In this document: positions 11,655-24,435 of the stretch, piece by piece
How the letters are laid out: the number at the start of each line of letters is the position of its first letter
How positions within the stretch are numbered: position 1 is the first letter of the stretch
NCBI RefSeq assembly: GCF_009834535.1
Contig: NC_045696.1
Span: forward strand, 74,774,001 to 74,838,000
Length of the DNA: 64,000 bases
Source: Camelus ferus
Taxonomy: Eukaryota
Direction: 5' to 3'
Notes under the pieces: generated by a model
Databases searched by the model: none
Told to the model about the DNA's origin: nothing
Seen by the model: the letters and a program-made list of their open reading frames with translations, nothing else
Program-made: the position numbers and the translations under genes

Positions 11655-12126
11655 TTAGAAGAGTGGTTGACTTTGGAGGGCGGGTAAAGATGGGTACTGA
11701 ATGGGAAGAGGCACATGGGAAGTATCTGCAGTGATAGTAATATTTAATATCTTGATAGGAGTTTGTATGCATTTTTCAAACCGTCAGAAAATGTACATTT
11801 AATATCTATGCATTTCATTGTTTGTAAATGTTATATCAAAAGAAACTCTATAAACAAAATTGAACTCTAGTTAATGATATGCATGTTGAAATATTTAGGG
11901 GGAACTCATATCTGCAATTTTAATGTTCAAAATGCATCAAAAATTAGGTAAATTAAGGTATATATAAGGAGATGGATGGATGGATGGACAGATAGACAAA
12001 TAGGTATGTGATAAGGCAGGAGAGTAAAAAGTAATGGGAGATGCTGGGTGATAAGTACGTGGGTGTTCCCTGTAAAATTATTTCAACTTCCTATGTCTGA
12101 AATTTTTCATGCAACGTTGGGAAAAA
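11655..12126 (+). mobile_element. L1MC-like 3' end
   Basis: 'atgcatttcattgtttgtaaat..tgaactctagttaatgatatgcatgttgaa..ggatggatggatggacagatag..aaatttttcat'. Confidence 0.75.
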
Positions 12127-14564
12127 ATACTTTCAGAAGAAAAGGCAGCTTCCATTTGTTTTTGCAATTTACTAATACAAAACACTTCAATGGGCTTGGC
12201 AGTTATTGTGAGATTGAATACCTAAGCTAATAACTAAATGCTATTTCACTTAAATTAAAAACTCAAAGAGGCTCTTTTCAGATCCCCAAGTCCTTAAAAA
12301 GTTTGAAGAATGTTTCTAAAATGCAACATTGCTTGTGCTCACCTTAAAGCCATTTAGGGGCCGTAAGAGTCTAAGAATTCCAGGTCCTCAGGATGATTTA
12401 TAATGCATAGAGTGTATGCTCTCAGCAGTGTTTTTCCTCTCTTCTTGACGTCAGTTGCCATTTGTAAGGGTTGCCAAGGTAATGACCAGACACATCTAAA
12501 GACAGGCTTGCAAGAAAGGACAGCATACTTATTTTTTCTCTTTTAGCATCAAATACATTTAAAATTCATAACACATTCAGTTTGATGAAATTCTACTTCA
12601 CAGAGAACAAAACTTTCACAGTACAGATAAGAACCCTCCCACTTCCCCTAACCCTTGTCTTTGCAGCTCTGCTTTTAATGACTGGAGTGGTTCAAAAACT
12701 GCATACAGACTTTTAAACTTGCCATGTTTTTTTGTTTTTTTTTTTTCTGGGAAAAAAAATGTGAGATGGTACTGGCTGTATTTTATAAAATTATTTTGGT
12801 AAAGTCAATAGAAAGACCTAGTTTTCCTCAAAAAGGAATATTTCCAAAAGGAATATTTCACATTCCTTAGTAAGTATGTGATTTTTAAAAATTAATCAAG
12901 AAATAATACTTGGGGTTATCGATCAACATGGTTAATCGATATGTTTCTAGTGGGACAGATTCGTCACATCACACTAATTCTAAGATTTATATCAATAAAA
13001 GAGTAAGTTTTGCAACTTTACACACTGACAGATACGTTTTTGTTTTGTGGCAGCGATAAGTAAACCACTGTGGGTTGAGGAGGAACCTATCACAGTTAAG
13101 TTGAATTTCAGTCTGTTTTGAAATGAATTCAACCTGATACTAGAAAATTATATTCAGGCATACACTTCAATATTCTATTTCTGTTGGTGGCTCTTTTATC
13201 TCAAAATAAGTTCTCACTATTGTGTACTCTTAAGTGTGTGTGTTTTGGCATTACTGAAATTCATGTATTTACTTTTCAAATTAAATTCAAAACATTAAAC
13301 AAAAGTCATTTTCTAAGGAAATCCTTTATGTTTGAACAAACGTTTAAAAGTATTTCATACAAGACACAGGGATTTTTTTTGTTCTTGAGTATGCTTGCCC
13401 TCTAGGAGGCCAGTATAGTGGGTCAGAAACACATCTGTCCTCAAACACACTTAGATTCTCTTAATAACCCGTTGTGAATTTGATGATCCAACATATTTAC
13501 CTTTTTTGAGACTGTTTCTATTTTCAGTCTGAACCACTTTCATTAACTTTGTACCAAGTGTATCAGATTGTAACTTACCTCCTCTTATGCATCTTAGAAT
13601 TGTAAGATTCAAGCTTCAAATCATGTGCCCTTCCGCTATGGAGTCTGATGGAAAATTCACCATTCACCCAGTCTACTCCTTTTCTTACTTAGTGGGACGC
13701 AATCACACACTTTTCTGAGACTCCAGCCCAGGATTCAGAGTCCAAACCCCTGGAGGTCATTCTCTCTCCTTTGGTTATTTTGGAACTTCCCCAGCTCTGT
13801 TATGTCTTCCTTGAGAATAAACAGCATTTGATCCATGTGTACAAATGGATTTTAGTTTGATCCTTAAAACAAATGAATGGATTAATAAATGCTGAATGGT
13901 AACATATTCATGGGTAGATAAACTGCTGATGTGGGAAATGGGCGGAGAGGAGAAAAACCATGATCCGAAATACCTACTGGGTTGATACCTTCCTCAAATT
14001 TTCCAAACCTCTGTTTTGCTTGAATTTTAAGGGTAAGAGACATCTATTAATGCATCCGTTATGGGCAAGCTTGTGACAGGTAATCAGTCACGGAGTATGA
14101 CTGAGCCCCTGATTTGGTGCCTGGCACTGCTCCAGGATATTACAGAATCTGTGCCTTCTTGTGGCTTTCCCAACTACCAAGCTTCAGAGACCATGTGAAG
14201 AAAACCAGTACGACCCTCTGACTCAGGCAAAATCTGTCCCTCCCTAAACTCCTATTTCTCACAGATTCGCTGGCTTTGCGTCCTATTTTCCAGCTCTCCT
14301 CACGGTGACTTCCTCAGACCTCCTGTCTGGCTTCACCCACTCCAGCTCTGCCGTTCCACACCCCACCTCACTCTCACCTGCCTACTTTGCTTAATTCTGA
14401 CAGCTGCTCCCAGGGAGAGAGCCCTGCCCCAGCGCCCTGGCCCAGGGAACCACCCCAGCCCCCCTTCCTCCTCTATTCACAGCCTTCCCACCAAAGGAAA
14501 GGATTAGACGTGTTAATGTCGTCCAGATAGATTTTAAATGTACAGGGGGCAGAGCTCACAGAGT

Positions 14565-14700
14565 TGAGAGCTGGGTGACCTTGGGCAAATACCTAACAAT
14601 TCTGCATCTGTTTTCTCTTCAGTAAAAGAGTTAGACAATGATGTTCACTGGGTTATTGGAGGGATTAAATAAATGATGCACAGAAAGGAACTACACAGAG
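14565..14700 (+). mobile_element. MIR fragment
   Basis: 'gctgggtgaccttgggcaaatacctaac..gagggattaaataa'. Confidence 0.65.
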
Positions 14701-15181
14701 AAGGCTTTTAAAAAGATGGGAGCCATTGATACTTTGAGATCATCTCTGAATTATTGTGTGTCATATTTATGTGGATGTCTGAGATGGCTTCAAAACAACA
14801 GCAGCAACAAGAAGGAGGAAATAAACTGGTTTGGCCCAGAGAAATTTATAGCGAAAAGGAAGAAACGGCCCAATTTATCTAAACTTCTAATTTTTATGCA
14901 AACTCACTCAACTAACATGTATTAAATGCTTTCTATTTGCCAGGTGTCATGCTGGCAATAGGTAGCTGAGTAGATGTTCCTCTCTTCCAGGGACGTGCAA
15001 TCTAGTTGAGAAAACAATCATGTAAATAACCATGTGGTGGTAGGTGACAAATACTGAAAGGATCATTCCTGGGAGAAGCCCTTGACTCTGCCTGGAAAGA
15101 TCCGGAAAGGCCAAACCCATGTTCTCAGTTCCCTGTAGAAGCAGCCGGGCAACGAGGAAAATTTCCCACCATTGAGCTTAG

Positions 15182-15445
15182 CCAGGGTTGAAAACGGGTA
15201 GCCGGTGGGCCACATCAGGACTGCAGACTTGTTCTGTTTGGTCTATACAGAGTCTTAAAAAAAAAAATCAAGAATACTTTACGTAAAAGGCCAGAATTAT
15301 GGATTTTCCAGAAAAAATTACAAGATGTGATCTGGCAATTCTGAACTGTAATCAACTGGATCTAGACTAGCTGCTTTCAGTTTGTTTTATAACCAAAGCA
15401 CTTGACCCCTGTCTGACCCTGCCCAGCTTCTGTAGGCATTTGAGA
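15182..15445 (-). mobile_element. MER102-like hAT-Charlie element
   Basis: 'cagggttgaaaacgggtagccggtgggccacatc..gcagacttgttctgtttgg..gatctggcaa..tgtaggcatttgag'; reverse-homologous to 21107-21365. Confidence 0.6.
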
Positions 15446-15799
15446 GGTCAGCCTTTCAACCAAACACACCTGGGTCCAAATCCCACTTTAACCACCAATT
15501 GTATTGCCTTCAGCAGCTGACCCTCGGTTACCTGGCTGTTAAATGGGATCAATCATACCACTTTTGCCTTCTTTAGAAAGTGCATGCTAGGAGAGCATGG
15601 ATTGGAACAGCGCTTTTCAAAACATAAAACAACAAACACTATGTGGGACACCTGAGACAAACACAATGTTGTCAATCAACTATTCTTCAATTTAAAAAAA
15701 TCTGGCAACTTTAGTCAGTATCACCCAAAAAAGTACTTCTCAATATTTACTGTGCATCTGAGCCATCTGTGTATTCTGCAGCCTGTGCTGTCAAGTCAA

Positions 15800-16006
15800 A
15801 GAGCTGTGTTATCTAACACAATCCAACACAGCAGTCACTAGTCAGCTGTGACTATTTAAATTTCAATTAATTAAAATTCAGTTCCTCCATCACACTAATC
15901 ACATTTCAAGTGCTCAGTAGCTACGCGTGGCCCGTGGCTACCTCACTGGACTGTGCGGTTATAGAGCGTTTCCACCAGCATGGAAAGTTCCATTAGCCAG
16001 TGCTAT
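15800..16006 (+). mobile_element. MER3-like hAT-Charlie MITE
   Basis: 'cacactaatcacatttcaagtgctcagtagctacgcgtggcccgtggctac..gaaagttccatt'. Confidence 0.8.
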
Positions 16007-16444
16007 AGACAACGTTGCCCAGTAAGGCCACCTGAGATCACCTGATCATCTGGAGGGTGTAATTTTGTTTAACCTACTACATTTTATTGATTCGGGTTCC
16101 AAGTCTTTAAAAGTAGATGATAATGTCTAGAAGATTGTTAAGTGGCAAAAGATTTTTGTCCTAGAGAGATAAAAAAAATGATTTTTTGTCCAATAGAAAA
16201 AAAACCCCTACAGGTTTTAGTTTTCTTGCTCTGTAGGACATTAGTCAGTCTTATCTATCTTATTCACAGTCTTTTCTGGGATTCTTTTCTTCCACCGTTG
16301 AGGGGCACGTGCACACAGTACACACAATCATCCTCTCTTCTAAACAAGCTGGTTCCCTCACAAATGAGGTAAGCAAATCTTGGACATTATATATTTGTAT
16401 GAAGATCATGTTTCTAACTTTTAGAAATCTGTACTATTTAAATT

Positions 16445-16610
16445 TACACTTTGGGCAAACCATTTAACCCGCAAAGCCTCACTGAGGGATTATTTCTAAA
16501 ATGGGGATTTTCCTCATAGGGTTCTTAAGAATTAAATGGGATAATGAATATAAAACACTTAAGGCTGCCCTTGGCCTGTAAAAATTGCCAAACAAATGTT
16601 AGGTGTTACG
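16445..16610 (+). mobile_element. MIR fragment
   Basis: 'ttgggcaaaccatttaacc..taaaatggggat..cctcatagggtt..attaaatgggataatg'. Confidence 0.7.
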
Positions 16611-17986
16611 ATGATCATGTAAAAAGGCTTTGTCAGCATGTTTCTAGATGTCTAAGCAACCCAGTTCCTAATTTCCTGGAGCTCCACTCAATCTCTGGAA
16701 GTCCCAAATGTATTCTGGGCACAAGGCCTGTGTCTCACAACTTTGGCCTCACTCTGTCTGCACTCAGTACCTTTTTCACCCTTTCTGCAGCAATGGGAGA
16801 CGTTTTCTGGCCACTATCTGGCTTCAAATTGTGAGAAAGTCTTCCAGGCTGAGAACAACTGAAAATCCTCTTCTCCCTCCGGATGCCCAGCTCTCTTCCC
16901 CCACTCCCTCTCCTGTGCCCCTTCCTCACTGACTCCACACTTCCTCCCTTCCTCACTCTGTAAACACTCCCTCAGGCTGCTGCCTGCCATCCCTCCAGAC
17001 TTAACTCTTTAATCGCTAAAGACCCTTATCCCCTGGGATGCAGAATTGTTCACAGAATTTCCCTCCCCTTTCCCTTAAGCCTCCTACAATATCCATTTGT
17101 ACCATTGAGATATAAAGTTAAATTTTTGTTGTTGTTAATAACAACAACAAAATGGTGTCACAGAGAATTTTTCTCTAGCTCAGAACTGTTTATTGAGGAT
17201 CTTCTATATGTGCAACACATATATTCTTTATCATCTAAGGAACCACTCAACACAGAAAAGAGAGAGGAAGGTTTTGTTCTCTATTTTTCAAAATTTATAC
17301 AACCAGACTAAGAAAACTCAATCTATAATATAACTTGACAGAGTCTTGGCACAGAAGCACAGTTCAGACTTTTGCAATAAAGACAGTAAAGACAGTGTTG
17401 AGTTAGAGAGAATGAAATAGAGATGTCTGAGAAAGATCAGCAGACCACTCAGAGCTTTCTAGAGTGGACTTCCAGGGTCAAAAGGGTACTCCTCAGCTTT
17501 ATGGGCCCAGAAACTCCATTTTTGGTTTAGACATTAGAATCTTGTGAGGAATGTTTGGTCAGATATCTGAAAATTGGATTGGAATATGTTTTATCTTCAG
17601 GGATAGTAGGGTGGAGAGAGGTAAAGAAAGCTTAAATTCAGTTTGAGGCTAATACTCTACTGAGAAAGGATTATGGTGGATGAATCGGAACTAGTTGGCA
17701 CGCAAGGAACTCAAAGAGGAGATGAAGCATGAACTGATATGAAATTTAGTTGAATGTTGACTGCATCCCAGTGACCACCAGGTAGGAGGAGACAGAGTAG
17801 GAGGAGTCTGGAAGGAAAAATACCAAACTTTAACTGTGGTTATCTATAGAGAAGTGAGATTTCAGACATCTTTCATTTTATATTTGGTATATTTCTGAAT
17901 TGTTTGAATTTTTTGATATATATGCCTTAATTTTTTAATAAGAAAAGGTACTGTAAATTTCAGGCATCTTTAAAAAGAGGTAGGTG

Positions 17987-18053
17987 GTAAATTGGGAGTT
18001 CGAAATTTGCAGATACTACTATGAATAAAATAGATAAACAACAAGTAAATAAA
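17987..18053 (+). mobile_element. Short internal L1 3'UTR piece with its own A tail and TSD
   Basis: Matches the reverse complement of 30326-30388; flanked by taaaaagaggtaggtg / taaaaagagttaggtg. Confidence 0.85.
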
Positions 18054-19404
18054 TAAAAAGAGTTAGGTGTGAGGAAGAAAGTTGATGTCAGGAAATACGG
18101 CTATTATATTTAAAATGCACTGTCCGTGTGGCCAAGATAGTGAAGGAGGCGGGCTTTGGAGGCACCTGAGGTGTGTACATATGCAGAAGTGCTCATTCTC
18201 AAAATAATTTAAAAGGTTTTTAGAATTATTTGATTATTTAAGATAAGTGCATGAATAACTGATGAACATGAAATCTTGGGAAAAAATGCTCTGTGTGATA
18301 AATGCCTTTCCTGTGGCTTTGAAATTTTTTAATGTAATCAATTTTCAAATATAATTTTTACTTCACATTAAGTCTGCAGCTTGTCATTTGTTTTCCATTT
18401 GAGGTCTTCACCACTACATGGAAAAGTATCCCAAAGTTCCAGAGACAAAGCAGAGATTGTCTTTTGAAATTAGAAAGCACAAAAGCTTTCAGTGATGAGT
18501 GGAAGATAGATTTTAGTAGTAAACGATAACATGGTTGGGGAAAAAAGGTAAAATCTATGTTAGAACATGCTTTCAGCCTTTCATGCATACCTTTAGGGTT
18601 ACCTACACAAAGCTGAACTGACACACACACACCTCCTACTAAGAAAAGTATAGATATTTATCCTCTTTACAGTTAACAACGCACGTGAATAGAACCTAAA
18701 ACTATGGTCGGTTACTTTCACTCTGCTTTGAACGCAAGGTAGAAATGAGTCCAGAGAAAACATGAAGTGTGCTTTCCCAGAGTCCAGTCCTGCCATAGAA
18801 CACAGTGAATGCTGTCCTCTGGGAGAGAGGCAAGCCATTAAAATTCAGAGAACAGATTCTCAACACTGGCAAGCTATTTTTAGCACAAGCTGTAGCTTAA
18901 TTTGGAATCCAACCAGTCGAGGTCTTGCCTTTTTCTTGAATTGATTTTTTTTTAATGACAATAGATAGCTATACATTTGGAAAAGGAGTTCTCCAAAAGA
19001 AGCATTTAAAATGTTCTTGAAGAATATATATTGTAAAACCGGTTGAAAAAAAGGTTCATGTTAAGGCTTTGGAAGTTTTTGTGTATCTGTAGACTGTTGT
19101 TTTTTTTTTTTTTAATTTATAGTGTCTGGCCCTAAAAAAAGGAAAGATGCTTTTAATTGGTTTATTCAACCACAGTTTTAGGGGGAAGCCAACCTGCACA
19201 GGTACCTGAGAGAATAGGAGCTCTGCCTTGATGCCAGATGCCTGGCCGGGGAGGCCTGACCACAATAAAGATGTGGGGAGTCTCTTGGCTTCCAGGAGGC
19301 TGAGCTGCTCATGCTCAGAAGGATCTCCCTGGGTAGCCAGACCCCTGTTCTATCAGCTGTGATGACTTGGCTGCTGCAAGGATCCTCCTCCTGACTGTCC
19401 ATCA

Positions 19405-19578
19405 TTGAGTCTAAATTCTAATTCTAATTCATTAAGATAAAATAAAAAATGAATGTCCTCAGTCACACTAGCCACATTTCAAGTGCTCAGCAGCTGCATG
19501 TGGCTAGTGGGCAACTATACTGGGCAGTGTAGAGCCTTTTCATCATGACAGAAAATTCCACTGGACAGCAGTGGTCTA
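19405..19578 (+). mobile_element. MER3-like MITE
   Basis: 'cctcagtcacactagccacatttcaagtgctcagcagctgcatgtggctagtgg..ctggacagc'. Confidence 0.8.
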
Positions 19579-19699
19579 CACCAATGACAAAATAATATTA
19601 GGCAGTTTTTTGAAAAGCACTCCATAGGGAATCAAGAGACCCAGAATATGGTGCTATTCAAGCCTATATATATATTTTTTTGGACAAGGTCTTATATAG

Positions 19700-19890
19700 T
19701 GTTTACTATGTACCAAGTAAAATTTTAAGCACTTTATAAAATCATTTAATCCTCTCAACTACCCCCATTTTCCAGATGAGGAGATTGAGGCACAAAGATA
19801 TTAACTTACTGAGCCAGTAAGTGATAGAGGCCAGCTATGAACCCAGGCATTCTGCCTTCAGAGTCTGTGGTCTTAACTACTACAGAATGC
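19700..19890 (-). mobile_element. MIR
   Basis: 'tcatttaatcctc..cccattttccagatgaggagattgaggcaca..gaacccaggcattctg'. Confidence 0.8.
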
Positions 19891-21106
19891 TGCCTTTCTG
19901 AAAATCTAAGTGATCTGAGTAAATTGTTTTACCTCACACATCAAATGAGGAAAGCAGACCGAATGCCACCTAAGGTCCTTTCCACTGCCAGTGGTCTAGG
20001 ATTCATTCACGCACGCGGTGGTTGTTGAGTGTCACTCTGGGTAGGGAGTGTATGAGAAGCTGGGCACTCACATCCACAAGCACAGCAGACACGGTCCCTC
20101 ATGGTGAGAGAAGCAGACCTTCCTCAGACACAAATACATGCACAACTGCCACGGGGAGCAGTGTGACAAAGGACTGGTCTTCAGTACTGAGAGTGGTTAA
20201 GAGACTTGACCCAGTCAGAGGGGCCAGACAGGGTTCTTTTCAGCAGGTGAAACTTGAGCAGTACAACCGACATCCAGGGGAGGGGTGATCAGGGGGCCTC
20301 CACTGTCCTGGCTGCTGCCACGCAGGGAGGGTCAGCTGTGCCCCAACCCGTGGTGCTGGGTTCACCATGGGTCTCTTTGGGTCAGGGTGCGAGGGAGAGG
20401 GTGAGGTTTGGAGTCTTGGGGGAGCAGCACCACAGAGAAGCAAAATTTGCCCTCCCTCAGGGCATTCTTCTCCCTGGTTTACCCAGATTCATGTCTCCTA
20501 GGCAACCAGGGCATGTTCCTACGTCAGAGTTAAAAATGGAAGGCAAGCTAACATCTGTAATAGGGACCAAAACTGACTGGGGTTTCAGTCTGTGCACAAC
20601 TTAAACACAGGAGCTACCTGAGTGCATGCCTGTGTCTGTAACGCAGTGGGTGACGTGGCAAGTATGTGCAAAAACTCAGCTAGGAAACTTCAGGTTAGAG
20701 ATTCACTTCAGGAATTCTGACTACAGAGATTTTGCTCCAGAAAGAGCACTGATTCCCAACTCTGCAAGTGGGAAGTTCCGTTAAAGGGGAAAAAAATTAA
20801 AAGGAAGGAAAAGAGCAAATAGGAACCTTGTTCTGAAGAGGCTTTTTCTCCTCCTCTCACTTTTCTGCCGTGAGTTTTCCCCAAGGCTCAGGCCTCAGTC
20901 TCCTCTTGAGCAAACTCATTTGATTTATTGGCTTTAACCAGCTCATCAGTAGCTGGTGCAAATGTGGACAGGAGGCCAACAGGGAGACAGCCTATTCTGG
21001 CCTTGAACCTGGACACTAGGAAGAAAGGCTGGCTTCCGAGAGTTAACTGCCATGCAAGGGCAGTGGCTCAGAGGAGGGACTCATCCTACAGAGACACCTT
21101 AAAATG

Positions 21107-21365
21107 AGGGCTGCAAACTCAGTGCCTACAGTGGCAAGACAGGTGACAGAAATGAGTGACGTGGGCTGGATGGAGTTCATGATGAACTGAAGGCTGTGTG
21201 CTGCTTCTATTATTCCAGCCAGTCGTTGCCCAATTTCTTTTTTCTATTTCGTTCTTTTTTTTTTAAAAAGAGAAGTCAGAAATCTGTGTTTTCATTGAAC
21301 CGTGTGCAACTGATGTTGTAGGGTAAGTGGCAAAAATCCACGTCTGCAGGACAGATGTGGTCTTC
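21107..21365 (+). mobile_element. MER102-like hAT-Charlie element
   Basis: 'gggctgcaaactcagtgcctacagtggc..aaatgagtga..ccagccagtcgttgcc..aagagaagtcagaaatctg..cacgtctgcagg'. Confidence 0.7.
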
Positions 21366-21904
21366 TGCTCCTAAGACTTGATAGTCTCATTATGTCTAAA
21401 GAAAGAAGCTGCTTAGGGGGAGGACAGGGGCCAGAAGAAAAGAAAAATGGGGACAGGGTGAGCAGAGGCTGAGGGTCTGTAATACTGCAGTACTGGGTAA
21501 GCGGAGCAGGGGAATCCACCCTACGTAGCAGATGTGTATTGAGTCACCTGTGTGGCATGAATGCCTCCGATGATTATGGCTTGATATATCATCAGCTGCT
21601 AGAATTATTCAGCTAACACTAGTCACTCCAGCTTGGTGCTCACCATGCTACTCCCGCTTATCATTTGGTTTCCCAAGCTCTGTCCACAGACAGAGAATGC
21701 AAATATGAATATTCAGTTTAACTGGTAGTTTTACTTCACCTCCTAGAATAATAAAGAAGCATTCTGATTTTACAAATTCATCTCTTTTGGTTAAACCGGT
21801 ACCTCATCATCTAAGACATGCTTGATAATTAAATTTCTTTGTGATGATCATATATATGATGATAAAGATATATCTAAGATATATATATATATACACACAC
21901 ATCT

Positions 21905-22625
21905 CAGGTCTTAGATCTAGAATCACTCATTCCTCCAAGGAGCCTTGTCTTTTTGAGTGGGAAATGGTATTTAAAGGCCACAATCTGTGCTGTCATTACA
22001 TCTAGGCCTTTTCAGTGGTCAGAGCTAGGAAGCACATATTTCTGTAAACTTAAAGAAATCACAGGCACACACTGATATTTCCGATTCAGATTTAACATTA
22101 CAGGGATAACATTATAGGGCTATATATATATATATATACACAAAATATAATATATTACTGTGGAAGATCTTGATTCCTAACAGTATTAACATAGTTATCT
22201 GCTTTATCCTGCAATATAAAAAATAGTTGCAAAATAACACTAATATTACTGTTAACAATAAAACTATTTAATGGATGAAGTTGATGATTTCTCTGCAGCT
22301 CAGTGTTTCCTTAGAATACATTCCATTGATGATGTCAAAATACTGGCTCAATAACTTGAAGTAATTTTCTCTGTGTAATTATATCACTGACTTGATACAT
22401 AATTAGAAACAATGAAACATTCATTTTAATTCTTTTTTAATTTTTAGGGACTGCTTTTTCTTTTTTATTTATCTTTTGGATATGTAAAATATTAACAAGA
22501 TGCTAAAACTATGTAATAAAGTATATTCTGGGAAGAATTACTCCCATCTGCATTTTTATTAGTTTTGATTTACCTTTGCAGTATTTTGTTTTGCAAATAT
22601 GAGCAGATAGGTATGTATTTTAACC
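21905..22625 (-). mobile_element. L1MC-like 3' region fragment
   Basis: 'cattcctccaaggagcctt..aatggtatttaaaggccacaatctg..tctaggccttttcagtggtcagagctagga'. Confidence 0.65.
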
Positions 22626-23360
22626 CTATTCCCTTCTTACACGCTACTGAAAGGAGGGGTAATTGTGGGAGACACACTGCCCTGGGTTCTGCCACTCCAG
22701 TGACGGGTCAGATGTGCCCACGTGTCCCCCATGGTCGTGTGTTTGTCATGGGGCTGTGTGAGTGAGAGCACTCTGGTTATATTTTAAAATGTCCAAATTT
22801 GTCTCTTCCATGTGGACACAGTCAGTTAAAGTTCATTATGTATTAAGCCAAAGCAGCAGCCTTTCCCTCAAACTAACTCTGCCTCTAAACTTCCCTGTAT
22901 CTATTCTCAGCACCTCAGTTCTCCTAATTACCCAGTATCAAAACTTTGGTCAACTTGGACTTCTCCATTCTGGGTAGTCTTCATACTCTATCAGTCACTA
23001 AGACATTTGACATCAATATTTTCTGAGCATCAACTATATGCCAAGCACATGATAACTAGGACATGATTGGTGATTCTTTCATTGGGGGAAGACACAGAAT
23101 AAATAAATGAACCCAGTGTGGTGTAAGGTGCTGTAATCAAAGTAGGCAAGAGATAGTTTGGGAGAACAAAGTGAGTACAGAAAACTCTAACAAAGGAGAA
23201 CTTCACAGACGAGGTGATGCCTGAACTGAGTTCTGGGAGGAAGTGGGAGTAGGATTTAATCATGAGAAGAGGATGAAGATGGGAGAGAGAGTATCCCAGG
23301 CAGAGAGAGCTCAGAGGTAAATCTCGGAGAGCAGGATGTGTTTAAGAACTACAGGGTTTT

Positions 23361-23515
23361 CGGTGAAATGTGAACCAACTATTTAAGAAATCAGAGTAGG
23401 GGTGGGTGTTGGGAGTTACTAAATACTAATTTGCCCCCCTGCCTTTAATGTACTCTTTTTCATTTGTGTGAAATTAATAAAAATGAAAATTTTTTGCTTA
23501 TCCAAAAAACAAAAA
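23361..23515 (+). pseudogene. Orphan retrocopy of a polyadenylated RNA 3' end (source unknown)
   Basis: AATAAA at 23476-23481, A tail from 23504, 16-bp TSD aagaactacagggttt (23344-23359, 23516-23531). Confidence 0.8.
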
Positions 23516-23718
23516 AAGAACTACAGGGTTTCCAATACGCGTAGAGTGTTATAGTTTGTCAGAAAAAGGAAGATAATTAGAGAACTGATGCTGGGCAATT
23601 TTGGTCATCTACCACATTACAGATTTTGGTTTTTTACCTGAACTCTCTGGGAAGCCCTTGAAGGATTTAAAATTGTATAGTGATGCAATCAGAATTGCAT
23701 TAAAAAAAAATCACCCTG

Positions 23719-23758
23719 TATTTTTCCTACTTCAAAATAAACCAATACTTTTCCAGAG
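23719..23758 (+). pseudogene. 40-bp micro-retrocopy of a polyadenylated RNA end
   Basis: AATAAA at 23736-23741; flanked by identical aaaaaaaaatcaccctg (23702-23718, 23759-23775). Confidence 0.65.
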
Positions 23759-24435
23759 AAAAAAAAATCACCCTGAATATTGGTCAGAGAATGAGAATGA
23801 AATGAAAAAGGAAAAATCTGGAGGCAAGACTAATGCCACAGTTCAGGGGAGAAAAGATGGGTGCCTGAACCAAGGGCCGGGGCAGAAAAGGTGGTGGGAA
23901 GAAAACTGACTTGAGAGACACGAAGGAGACAGAACTAGTGAGACTGGCAAGTATATGGTGACTCTGGGACACCTTCAGACATCTGGGTTTGCCAACTGAG
24001 TGGATGCTGGCACTATTCATATAGAATAGAAGTACTAGAGGAGAAGCAACAGGCTGGAGGATGCACAGCAATGATGAGGGTATCCAAGTGGAATGACACT
24101 ATGAAAAAATATTCAACAAACATCTATTGAGCTTCTGCTCTATGAAAGGCACATGTTTTCTAGGAAGTGATCAGCAGACTGTAAAATAAGGGTAAGGATG
24201 TGCAGGAGTTTATTTACAGTTGAGAGAGGACTAGAGAGGGTGACTTAGGAAAGAAAGAGAGGGAAAAGAGCAGAGGGATGACAGCATGGAGCTTGCATTT
24301 GAGAAACATGAAGAAAGTAACTAATCTCAAGGATCCAAATAGTTCGTTCACCTCGAAATTGCTTCAGTTTGAATGGATGCTGAAGCCCCAGGGAAGTTTA
24401 AGAGGCTGGTGAACCAAGTGCCTATCAATTCTTTT

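Larger units (their letters stand above)
23015..24095 (-). mobile_element. L2 fragment carrying two small retro-insertions
   Basis: 'ctgagcatcaactatatgccaagcac', 'gggaagcccttgaaggattt', 'tggaggcaagact..aaaagatgggtgcctgaaccaagg'. Confidence 0.75.
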
